This document shows positions 1 to 7,916 of a stretch of 19,413 nt of DNA, one piece after another. The translations under genes and the position numbers were made by a program. This DNA is from an uncultured Acidobacteriaceae bacterium (GTDB lineage Bacteria > Acidobacteriota > Terriglobia > Terriglobales > Acidobacteriaceae): contig CAIMNN010000130.1 of the NCBI GenBank assembly GCA_903842845.1, forward strand, positions 1 to 19,413, given 5' to 3'. The notes beneath the pieces are model-generated. The model was not told where the DNA came from and did no database searches. It saw only the letters and a program-made list of their open reading frames with translations. Positions within the stretch are counted from its first letter, which is position 1; every line of letters starts with the position of its first letter.

Positions 1-742
1 AATGCCGCTCGTCGTCGTTCTTGAAGTGGATAGATGGTTTTGTGCGCCACTCCTCTAATTGATTGCGTTCCCGCATCACAAGTTCCCAAGAGCTCAGCTT
101 GCCCCGCCAAGCCTCAAACTCATCAAATGCTGCTTTTGCATCAGAACCCGGCTCAAGCGCGATAAGCGCAAAGGAACCGCCAAGAATCGAGTCTTCATTT
201 GGCGGCGCTAACTTCACGCTGTCTATCGAGATAACAAGAAGGCTCTCGCTGATATCGGTGAAATGAATCACTCTGGCGGGAGCGTGGGGTCTGTCAAAAT
301 TTTCGGTCGATGCAACCGTGTGTGCCCATTTCATGTTGAACACAGACTTGCTCTGAGGGTCGGCAAACGGGTCTGCCATAAAGCTGACCATGAGCGCGTT
401 GCGGTTTAGCCCGAAAGGCATATAGGCAATTAACGATCCAACAGAAGAGTGGGTCACGATAATATGCGAGTCATCCATGTACTCGGCGGATATCCCGTTC
501 TGCTGTGTCTTGGAGTTAAGCGAAATTGAATCGAGGAAATTGACTGTCTCAATGCCCTCAGCATAAGGCTTGCCCGGCTCCGGCCCCGTATAGCTATAAG
601 GATGCGCGTAGAACTTTGTGATGCGCGCCGTGTCCGGATCAACTACCACAAATCCGTGACCGTTACCCGTCACAAGATGCGAAGACGCAAATGCAGGCAG
701 TGTAATGAACGCGGCAACAAGAGTAAAAAGTACGCGGCGCAT
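1..742 (-). CDS. Secreted hypothetical protein, partial (C-terminus lies beyond window start); possibly a glycoside-hydrolase-like N-terminal beta-sandwich domain (GH15/glucoamylase-like). Function is low confidence.
   Basis: Manual translation of the minus strand from ATG (plus 740-742) reads to position 1 with no stop (247 codons checked): MRRVLFTLVAAFITLPAFASSHLVTGNGHGFVVVDPDTARITKFYAHPYSY...AYMPFGLNRNALMVSFMADPF...HFKNDDERH. N-terminal Sec-type signal peptide. Absent from the ORF track because it runs off the window edge. Same strand as, and 47 bp downstream of, the 789..1349 gene. The 454..642(-) track ORF is in another frame and lies inside this gene. Confidence 0.5.
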   Translation of the reverse strand, partial: MRRVLFTLVAAFITLPAFASSHLVTGNGHGFVVVDPDTARITKFYAHPYSYTGPEPGKPYAEGIETVNFLDSISLNSKTQQNGISAEYMDDSHIIVTHSSVGSLIAYMPFGLNRNALMVSFMADPFADPQSKSVFNMKWAHTVASTENFDRPHAPARVIHFTDISESLLVISIDSVKLAPPNEDSILGGSFALIALEPGSDAKAAFDEFEAWRGKLSSWELVMRERNQLEEWRTKPSIHFKNDDERH

Positions 743-788
743 GATGCACACAGTGTCACCGATGCGCCCGCCGCACGCAACAGCAGAT

Positions 789-1349
789 TTATTTGCTCGG
801 CCCAGACCCAGACTGCAATGCCGTCATCTGCGCGGTCAGCTCTTTGTACGCAGCTTCGTCGAACGGCCCGTTGTGCGTCCAGCGAACAATACCTTTTCCA
901 TCAAGCAGCAACAAGCACGCATCATCAGCATTCTTCAGCCCAACGCGCGCTTTCCACGCGTCAGTCCCCCCGTACACCGTTATCACATTCTCCTGGTCTG
1001 ACTTCGGCGTGCCGCTGCGCATGCCGGAATCAATGAACCACTTTCCCAGCCGAGCCATCCCGCCTATCATCGGCACTTCAAAAAAAGTAACCGCCGGATT
1101 CGTCCCGTAATCCTTGCGGAAGTGCGAAATCCACGCCTCAACAGGGAAGCGCGAGTTGTACGTAAAGCCGATGGCAACAAGTGCGACCTTACCCGTCGCG
1201 GCCTCAGGAAGCACAGCCTCGCGCGACGTAAGAAACTCGCCTTTGAGCTGCGGCATCGGCGTGCCAGTTGTAAGCGGCGCAGTTGTCGTAGTTGCTGGCA
1301 TACCAGGCAAAAGAAATGATGCGATAAGTATTGCAGGAAGAATTATCAT
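789..1349 (-). CDS. Secreted thioredoxin-fold protein resembling SCO1/SenC but lacking the CxxxC copper/redox motif
   Basis: Track ORF 789..1361 begins with GTG. An in-frame ATG at 1349 is preceded by AAGGAG (about 11 nt upstream) and gives MIILPAILIASFLLPG... (hydrophobic signal peptide). Motif TGKVALVAIGFTYNSRFPVE parallels SCO1 'GK..L..FGFTHCPDVCP' with Cys replaced by Y/N/S/F. Later ...LLLLDGKGIVRWTHNGPFDE parallels the SCO 'YLVDHS...DG' region. Confidence 0.55.
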   Translation of the reverse strand: MIILPAILIASFLLPGMPATTTTAPLTTGTPMPQLKGEFLTSREAVLPEAATGKVALVAIGFTYNSRFPVEAWISHFRKDYGTNPAVTFFEVPMIGGMARLGKWFIDSGMRSGTPKSDQENVITVYGGTDAWKARVGLKNADDACLLLLDGKGIVRWTHNGPFDEAAYKELTAQMTALQSGSGPSK

Positions 1350-1686
1350 GCGAAAAAACACTCCTTTGTACGATTCAATGCATCTGTCGCTGAGATTAGT
1401 TTGGCACAGCCTTTGGGCACGCGAGCGAATTGTTTGATGCCATCAAAATCAGCCATTGAGTGCTATCTGCTGCTGCCGCAGACAGCTTGTGGCTATACAG
1501 GCAGTGACCTGGCTGCTGAATGTGCGATGTGTATATTGCTTTGGCCCAATGCAATTTTGATTTGTATAAACAACTTTGTTGAAGATGAACCTTACAACGT
1601 TTGCGGCTCTCAATGAATGAGCTACAACCAAGAAGGGGCCATGGAACTTCTCATGCAAAAGCACTCCGCAGAAAACAATCAACAAT

Positions 1687-1718
1687 ATAAAGCCCCGTCA
1701 GAATAAAGCCCCGTCAGA
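1687..1718. repeat. Perfect 2 x 16-bp tandem direct repeat ATAAAGCCCCGTCAGA
   Basis: 1687-1702 and 1703-1718 are identical. The second copy forms the 5' arm of the terminator hairpin, so the first copy offers an alternative 5' arm. Confidence 0.8.
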
Positions 1719-1750
1719 GTTTTTCTGCCGGGGCTTGTATTTTTGTTTCG
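1687..1750. terminator. Rho-independent terminator, apparently bidirectional, downstream of the GH27 gene (minus) and of the 1362-1686 intergenic space (plus)
   Basis: Stem CCCCGTCAG(1709-1717)/CTGCCGGGG(1725-1733) with one mismatch and loop AGTTTTT. Followed on plus by TTGTATTTTTGTTT. On minus, the same hairpin is followed by TTTATTCTGACGGGGCTTTATATTGTTG. Embedded in a 2x16-bp tandem repeat. Confidence 0.5.
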
Positions 1751-1753
1751 TCA

Positions 1754-3268
1754 CTAATCAACAGATACACGCAGCATCAACGTTGCATGTGCAGGAATCT
1801 GGACCGTGTACACGCCCTTTGTAAAGCTGACTTCCTTGTGAGCCCACACATCGCGCACTGATTTCACTTGCTTGCTGAGACCTAGTTCCTTCAGCGTGAC
1901 CTTCGTCGTTGCCGGAGCCGAGCCAAGATTCACCACACCAACCGCAACACCGCCATCAGCCAGCGGCTTCATCCACGTTTCCAGGTTTCCGTTCTTCGTC
2001 GGCGACGCCTGTTTGCCCAGCGCGTCCTGGTCTATCGCAATAACCTCGCGATTCATCAGTATGGATTTTGTTTCATCGCTCATCGTCCGAACATCGTTAC
2101 CTGCCAGCAGCGGCGCTGCCGTCAACGCCCACAGGCTCATGTGCGTGCGGTACTCGTCGCCGCTCATGTGCCCGTTGCCGATCTCGAGCATATCCGGGTC
2201 GTTCCAGTGGCCTGGCCCGGCATAAGGCGCAGTGTGCGCCTGCTTCTCGATGTTCTCGATCATGCTCTCCCACTTGTCGCTGATATCGCCGGTCGTGCGC
2301 CACAAGTTGCCGCTGACCTCGGGAGCCCACTTCTCCACCGAGCCAAACCCGTACTCGCAAAGGCTGTAGACTATCGGCCGTCCTGTCGCCTGCAACGCAT
2401 CACCCATCTTCTGGTAGATAGGTTGCAGGTCGGCTTCCCTATAAATTGACCCGGCGCTGCACCAGTCGTACTTCAGATAATCAATGCCCCACGCTGCAAA
2501 GGTATTCGCATCCTGCTCTTCATGCCCATAGCTCGCCGGGTAACCGGCGCAAGTGCGCGGCCCGGGTGAAGAATAAATTCCTATCTTCAATCCCTTCGAG
2601 TGAACGTAATCTGCCAGCGCCTTCATGTCAGGGAATTTGTGATTCGTCTGCAAATTTCCCTTCGCGTCCCGCACGCCTTCCCATGTGTCGTCAATGTTGA
2701 TGTAAATGTAGCCCGCATCGCGCATTCCACTTGTCACCATCGCATCCGCCATTGTGCGCACCGTCTGGTCGTCCACCTTCTCCGCAAAAAGGTTCCAGCT
2801 GTTCCAACCCATCGGCGGAGTCTTCGCCAGTCCGTTGTATGCAACCTTGTGCAGCGCGGGCGGCGGAATATATGCCTGGTGCGAAATCACGTCTTTAGCC
2901 GTGGCACGACGTGCCACCATCGGCTCGCCCCACACCGTGCCATGCAGCTCATTGTTGGTCAGCTCGCCAGTGATGAACGGCTTCACATCACTCCAGCCCA
3001 CGCCCCACAGTTCAAAGTGATCGCCGTGAACGCTGCCGGTGACGTTATGCGTATCGCTGAGAGTTTCAATCGAACCGCTCAGCTTCTCGCCATCCTGCTT
3101 TAGCACAAGAATTCTAAGCTGCGCCTCGCCGTTCTCTAGCAACTTGCCCGTGGAGGCCCAGCGGCCGTTGATTTCCTGCGCACTCAAAACCGTGACGCCA
3201 AGCAGGCAAACGATAACGCCGCAGAGTAGCCGGCGCGCTGTGATTGGTGTGGTCATTGCGGTTTGCAT
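1754..3268 (-). CDS. Alpha-galactosidase / alpha-N-acetylgalactosaminidase family, glycoside hydrolase family 27, secreted, with ~100-aa extra N-terminal domain
   Basis: 504-aa ORF. Signal peptide MQTAMTTPITARRLLCGVIVCLLGVTVLSA. AGGAAG SD 5 nt upstream of ATG 3268. GH27 hallmarks: NGLAKTPPMGWNSWNLF, YINIDDTWEG, LADYVHSKGLKIGIYS, GIDYLKYDWC (nucleophile Asp), WRTTGDISD (acid/base Asp), C-terminal beta-sandwich. Confidence 0.9.
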   Translation of the reverse strand: MQTAMTTPITARRLLCGVIVCLLGVTVLSAQEINGRWASTGKLLENGEAQLRILVLKQDGEKLSGSIETLSDTHNVTGSVHGDHFELWGVGWSDVKPFITGELTNNELHGTVWGEPMVARRATAKDVISHQAYIPPPALHKVAYNGLAKTPPMGWNSWNLFAEKVDDQTVRTMADAMVTSGMRDAGYIYINIDDTWEGVRDAKGNLQTNHKFPDMKALADYVHSKGLKIGIYSSPGPRTCAGYPASYGHEEQDANTFAAWGIDYLKYDWCSAGSIYREADLQPIYQKMGDALQATGRPIVYSLCEYGFGSVEKWAPEVSGNLWRTTGDISDKWESMIENIEKQAHTAPYAGPGHWNDPDMLEIGNGHMSGDEYRTHMSLWALTAAPLLAGNDVRTMSDETKSILMNREVIAIDQDALGKQASPTKNGNLETWMKPLADGGVAVGVVNLGSAPATTKVTLKELGLSKQVKSVRDVWAHKEVSFTKGVYTVQIPAHATLMLRVSVD

Positions 3269-3436
3269 CGTATTCTTCCTTTGGTCAACTCTGTTCTTGA
3301 TAATAAATTCGCCGCTCCATTATTGCAGTGCCGGCTACTGGTTGAGGAGGCAAATCAATCGAAAGAGTTGTATCTGGCTTCACACAAGGCCGATCCATCG
3401 ATGGGATAATGATTGAGAATTGAGTGAAGCCCGCTA

Positions 3437-5143
3437 ATGGCCAGTTACACGCGAAGAAAATTTCTCACCGAGCTACCCGCCGCCGCAGCAGGCCTTGCTG
3501 CTGTCACCGGGCTGGCCCCGCGCCTCGCCTCGCAGTTGCCTTCCCAGCGATACTGGTTCACCGATGTCGCCGCTCGCAGCTCCTTCAGCTACCGAAGCAA
3601 CAATCACCTCACTGGCCGCAAATTCTTCCCTCAGCCCATGTGCGGCGGCGTCGCGGCGCTCGACTACAACAACGACGGCCTCATGGACCTCTTCTTCACC
3701 AACGGCGCAGAGATGCCCTCGCTCAAAAAAACTTCGGCAGACTTTGCCAACTGCTTGCTCCGCAATCGCGGCGACGGCACCTTTGAAGACGTGACCGCCA
3801 AGGCCGGCCTCCTCGGCATGGATCTTGGCTTTTGTTACGGCGTAGCGGCAGCCGATTTCAACAACGACGGCAACGCCGACCTTTTCATCTGCAACGCAGG
3901 CCGCAACGCACTCTACCGCAACAATGGCGACGGTACATTTACTGATGTAACTGCCGGCTCCGGCCTCGACCACAAGCCCGAAAATCTGCTCAGCGTCGGC
4001 GCGGCGTGGGTCGACATCGACAACGACGGCCTCCTCGACCTCATCGTGACCAACTACACCTACTGGAGTCCGCAAAGCGATAAGACCTGCTTCATATCGC
4101 CTGGCCAAGAGGAGTATTGCAGTCCTACAAACTACAAGAGCGTCTCCTCGCGTCTCTATCGCAATCTCGGCAACGGAAAATTTGAGGACGTCACCGAAGA
4201 CAGCGGCATCGGCAAAGCTCTCGGCAAAGGCATGGGCATCTCCATCGCCGACTTCAACGGCGATGGCCGCATGGATATCTTTATCGCCAATGACACCGAG
4301 CAGAATTTTCTCTTCATCAATCAGGGTGGCGGCAAGTTCCGTGAGGCTGGCCTTGAGCTCGGCGTCGCGTACAACCTGCAAGGCGAGTCCGTCTCCGGTA
4401 TGGGCTGTGATGCGCGCGACTTCAACAACGATGGTTTGGTTGACCTTGTTTACAACGACCTCGCCACTCAGGTCTTCGGCCTGCTGCGCAACGTCGACGG
4501 AAGATCTTTCGACGACATCACCTGGACCTCCAAAATGGGGCCGCTCAGCCGCTCGTTCTCCGGTTGGAGCATCGGCTTCATCGATTACAACAACGATGGA
4601 TGGAAAGACATCTACTCCGCCAACGGCGACGTCGACAATCTGACTGCAACCTCGCGGCAGCACGACAGCATCTTCCGCAACGTCGACGGCAAAACGCTCG
4701 TCGATGCTTCCTCGGAGATGGGACCGGATTTTCTACGATTGGGCTATCAACGCGGCTCGGCCTTCGTTGACCTCAACAACGACGGCTTCATGGACCTCGT
4801 TGTCACATCGCTCAATGAGCGTCCGCGCATCCTGATGAACAACGCGCTCGAGCGCAACCACTGGTCGATGCTCGACCTGCGTGGAACCGTGAGCAATCGC
4901 GATGCCATCGGTGCGACCGTCAAGCTCGTCACAGCCTCCGGGCGCGCGCTCTACAATCACGTGAACCCAAGCGTCGGCTTCATGAGCTCGAGCGACAAGC
5001 GCGTGCACTTCGGCCTCGGCGCAGAGTCGAAGCTCGCCTCCATCGAAATTCGCTGGCCTTCGGGAACCGTGCAGACCATCGACAAGCCCGCAGCCGACAC
5101 CATCCTCAAGATCGAAGAGCCACACGCAGCGAAACAAAAATAG
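3437..5143 (+). CDS. Tat-secreted FG-GAP/VCBS-repeat protein with C-terminal ASPIC/UnbV domain (CRTAC1-like)
   Basis: 568 aa. Twin-arginine signal MASYTRRKFLTELPAAAAGLAAVTGLA. Repeated FG-GAP-like motifs (DYNNDGLMDLFFTNG, FNNDGNADLFICN, DIDNDGLLDLIVTN, FNGDGRMDIFIAN, FNNDGLVDLVYN, YNNDGWKDIYSAN, LNNDGFMDLVVT). C-terminal UnbV_ASPIC-like segment ...NRDAIGATVKLV...VHFGLG...IEIRWPSGTVQTI. Confidence 0.9.
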   Translation: MASYTRRKFLTELPAAAAGLAAVTGLAPRLASQLPSQRYWFTDVAARSSFSYRSNNHLTGRKFFPQPMCGGVAALDYNNDGLMDLFFTNGAEMPSLKKTSADFANCLLRNRGDGTFEDVTAKAGLLGMDLGFCYGVAAADFNNDGNADLFICNAGRNALYRNNGDGTFTDVTAGSGLDHKPENLLSVGAAWVDIDNDGLLDLIVTNYTYWSPQSDKTCFISPGQEEYCSPTNYKSVSSRLYRNLGNGKFEDVTEDSGIGKALGKGMGISIADFNGDGRMDIFIANDTEQNFLFINQGGGKFREAGLELGVAYNLQGESVSGMGCDARDFNNDGLVDLVYNDLATQVFGLLRNVDGRSFDDITWTSKMGPLSRSFSGWSIGFIDYNNDGWKDIYSANGDVDNLTATSRQHDSIFRNVDGKTLVDASSEMGPDFLRLGYQRGSAFVDLNNDGFMDLVVTSLNERPRILMNNALERNHWSMLDLRGTVSNRDAIGATVKLVTASGRALYNHVNPSVGFMSSSDKRVHFGLGAESKLASIEIRWPSGTVQTIDKPAADTILKIEEPHAAKQK

Positions 5144-5145
5144 CG

Positions 5146-7374
5146 TTACTGTTTGTCCAACCGGTAAGCCGACGCCTGAAAATCTCCGTGAAAGCTTACC
5201 GTGCTGTCGTACGAAATATCGCTCAACTCCAGCCCATGCCCCATCCACCATGCACCGCTCGCCACCTCGGGCGTGCCGTGTGCAAGCGGTCCTTCTATCG
5301 CACGCAACTTGTACATCGCCTGCGGGTCAAGCCCTTCAAGCTTCAGCCGCGGAAACACCCTGCCCTCTTGCGTCGAATGAATGAACGCAAAGACCACCGA
5401 CTGCGACTTGTCGCCGCTCACCGACTGCGTCGCCGAAAACTCGCTGCCGTTGCGCGGTGATATCAACCGGTAAAGGTCGCCCTGTGTTATCGTCGCCTGC
5501 ACCTGGTGATACTCGCCGATCAATCGCTTCACCAGCGCCGTTTCTTCCGGCGTCCACTTGCTGATGTTCGCGCCGATCCCAAGCGATCCCTGCATCGAAC
5601 TGAGCATCCGATACGTCAGCGATGTCGCGCGGTGATTGAACCAATGCGGCGACTCCGTCACCCACGCCATCATCACCTGCGGCGTATACGCGTAAGTGAA
5701 ACCATCCTGCTGCGTCAGCCGGTCGAATGGGTCGGTGTTATCAGACGGCCAAACCTCATCGGTGTAGCGCAAAATTCCCAGGTCCACACGCCCGCCGCCC
5801 CCCGAGCACGACTCTATCTCCACCTTCGGATGTCTGCGCCGCAGCTCGTCAAGTATGTAGTAGAGATTCCGCGTGAACTCTACGTAAACGCGTTTCTGCT
5901 CGGCGGCCGGCAGTTGGTCCCAGCCCGGCTCGCTCCAGTTGCGGTTGTAATCCCATTTCAAAAACGCAATATCGTTCTCGTTGAGCAGCTTGTCCAGAAA
6001 CCCAAGAACATAATCGCGAACATCCGGCCGCGCAAGGTTCAACACCATTTGATTGCGTTGCTCGGTGCGGTCACGCCCCGGAAAGTTCAGCACCCAATCC
6101 GGATGCGCACGATAAAGATCTGAGTCCGGATTCACCATCTCCGGTTCAACCCACAATCCAAAGTCCATTCCCAGTGTGTGTACTTTATCGATCAGCGGCT
6201 TCAGCCCATGTGGGAACTTCTGCGCATTCACATACCAGTCGCCAAGTCCGGCATGGTCATCCTTGCGCTGCCCAAACCAGCCATCATCCATCACAAAGCG
6301 GTCCACGCCGAGCGCCGCAGCTTTTTCCGCCAGCGCCATCTGGCCTTCGTCGTCGACGTTAAACTGCGTCGCCTCCCACGAGTTGAAGATCACCGGCCGC
6401 GGCTTCAACTTCGCCACCGGCTCCGTACGATGCGGAAGTATATTTGAAATCTCGTAGCGATGCAGCAGTCGCGACGCTCCACCCAATCCATCCTTCGAGT
6501 AGCCGCCGTAAAACACTGGCGTCTCCAGCGACTCGCCCGCGTGCAGCACATACCCAAAATCAAAAGGATTGAACCCGCCAGTCACGCGCACCGTGTCCAG
6601 CGTGTCCTGCTCCACCGTGATGCGCCACGACCCGCTCCACGCCAGCGCGCCAAACCACACCTCGCCGCTCTCTTCATTCGTCTCGCCGGCCTGCAATGCA
6701 AACCACGGATTCGCCTGGTGCGACGTGCTCCCGCGTCTGCTCTCGATAACGCGCGCGCCCTGACGCACCGCCTCTTGATTCAGCGTCCACTCGCCCGCCC
6801 ACCGCCCGGTCAAATAATTTAACGTGTAATGTCCGCGCGGCAAACTCCACGCCGCCGCAGCCGCCTGCTCCACCGTCACATTTTGTTTCTCGCTGTTCTC
6901 GATCGTCGCCGAGCGCGACAAAATTCCGCTCCCCGCTTCCATCTTGTAGTGCAGCGTCACATACACCGCGGCCTTCACATCCTTCAGCACTACATCAAAC
7001 CCATCATCGCTGGCTTTGTGGCTGACGTAGTGCAGCACCAGGTCGCGGTTCCCATCCGCAAACGTCATCTTCAGCGCCGGCTCGTAGTTCAACCCCGCGC
7101 CCCAGCTCACATACTCCTGCGGTGTGTTGTTATACGAGTCGTCAAACGACGCCCACTCCTGCATCGACTTGGCAGCCGGTACCTCGTCCTTCTCCCCAAG
7201 CCGTGGCCCCCAGTAGATCTGCTGCAACTCGCCGCGCTCGTTCACGCCAAACACATACGTCACATTCCCGCCATCCAGACGAAAAGTCTGCTTCGCCGCG
7301 TCGTAATGCGTTCCGGCATGCAGTGGGGCACAAAGGCCAAACGTAGTTATAAGTACAACTAAAAAATGCCTCAT
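5146..7374 (-). CDS. Alpha-galactosidase, glycoside hydrolase family 36 (AgaA/RafA/melibiase type), secreted
   Basis: 742 aa. Signal peptide MRHFLVVLITTFGLCAPLHA. AAGGTGGA SD before ATG 7374. GH36 hallmarks: FNSWEATQFNVDD, MDDGWFGQRKDD, GLWVEPEMVNPDSDLYRAHPDWVL, LKWDYNRN, CSGGGGRVDLGIL. Stop is 2 bp from the convergent ASPIC gene stop. Confidence 0.9.
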   Translation of the reverse strand: MRHFLVVLITTFGLCAPLHAGTHYDAAKQTFRLDGGNVTYVFGVNERGELQQIYWGPRLGEKDEVPAAKSMQEWASFDDSYNNTPQEYVSWGAGLNYEPALKMTFADGNRDLVLHYVSHKASDDGFDVVLKDVKAAVYVTLHYKMEAGSGILSRSATIENSEKQNVTVEQAAAAAWSLPRGHYTLNYLTGRWAGEWTLNQEAVRQGARVIESRRGSTSHQANPWFALQAGETNEESGEVWFGALAWSGSWRITVEQDTLDTVRVTGGFNPFDFGYVLHAGESLETPVFYGGYSKDGLGGASRLLHRYEISNILPHRTEPVAKLKPRPVIFNSWEATQFNVDDEGQMALAEKAAALGVDRFVMDDGWFGQRKDDHAGLGDWYVNAQKFPHGLKPLIDKVHTLGMDFGLWVEPEMVNPDSDLYRAHPDWVLNFPGRDRTEQRNQMVLNLARPDVRDYVLGFLDKLLNENDIAFLKWDYNRNWSEPGWDQLPAAEQKRVYVEFTRNLYYILDELRRRHPKVEIESCSGGGGRVDLGILRYTDEVWPSDNTDPFDRLTQQDGFTYAYTPQVMMAWVTESPHWFNHRATSLTYRMLSSMQGSLGIGANISKWTPEETALVKRLIGEYHQVQATITQGDLYRLISPRNGSEFSATQSVSGDKSQSVVFAFIHSTQEGRVFPRLKLEGLDPQAMYKLRAIEGPLAHGTPEVASGAWWMGHGLELSDISYDSTVSFHGDFQASAYRLDKQ

Positions 7375-7453
7375 CAGTTTCCACCTTCAGTGTGACTTTC
7401 AGGAACAATCCATATTACAGGCGTCGGCTCGCCTGCGCGATGAGTCAGCGAAC

Positions 7454-7537
7454 GCCAAAGCGAGTGACAAGCAAGCAGTCACGGCACATAGTAATTAAAT
7501 TTTGAAAGGGAAGTGCCGAAGCGAGCGACAAGCGAGC
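7454..7537. repeat. Two imperfect 23-bp direct repeats (20/23) between the tRNA-Ser 3' end and the GH36 promoter region
   Basis: GCCAAAGCGAGTGACAAGCAAGC (7454-7476) versus GCCGAAGCGAGCGACAAGCGAGC (7515-7537), with an AT-rich spacer GTAATTAAATTTTGAAAGGG between them. Confidence 0.6.
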
Positions 7538-7555
7538 GGCTGCTCCATGCAATGC

Positions 7556-7648
<93 letters not shown>

Positions 7649-7812
7649 GCACTAACGACGATTATACCGGAAGTGGCGGAATCAAAGCTCGCGCGGGCTA
7701 GGAATTGTGCGGAAGCGCAGAAAGTGAAGCCTCGGCCCAGCTCCGAAATCAGCCTTCCGGAGCGCCCGAAAACTGCCCAATTTCGAGACGTTTTTTCCAC
7801 CGCCAAAAACCG

Positions 7813-7841
7813 CGTTTCACCCGCGCCAGCAGCGGGTGAAA
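7813..7841. other. Perfect 11-bp inverted repeat (RNA hairpin or palindromic operator) ~75 bp upstream of the permease start
   Basis: GTTTCACCCGC-gccagca-GCGGGTGAAAC. Flanked by AAAAACC upstream and an A-run (AAAAAAAATCAAAAAAGG) downstream on plus. On the minus strand it is followed by GCGGTTTTTGG (terminator-like). A second weak AAAAAAG-GTCA-CTTTTTT hairpin lies at 7861-7878. Confidence 0.5.
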
Positions 7842-7916
7842 CCTGCCTTCAAAAAAAATCAAAAAAGGTCACTTTTTTGCTTTGTCTGGGGAGAAAATGT
7901 TGATAGATTCTCAATC

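Noticed and set aside
3473-4663. 396-aa minus-strand ORF antisense to the ASPIC/FG-GAP gene
   Set aside because: Low-complexity A/V/G/D-rich translation typical of antisense frames in GC-rich coding DNA. Wholly embedded in a gene with strong domain evidence on the other strand.
7836-7916. Upstream TTG (7836) and ATG (7896) alternative starts for the permease
   Set aside because: The TTG start adds a Lys/Arg-rich 27-aa extension with no SD. ATG 7896 has GGGGAG only 3 nt upstream (poor spacing). ATG 7917 retained, but the true start remains uncertain.
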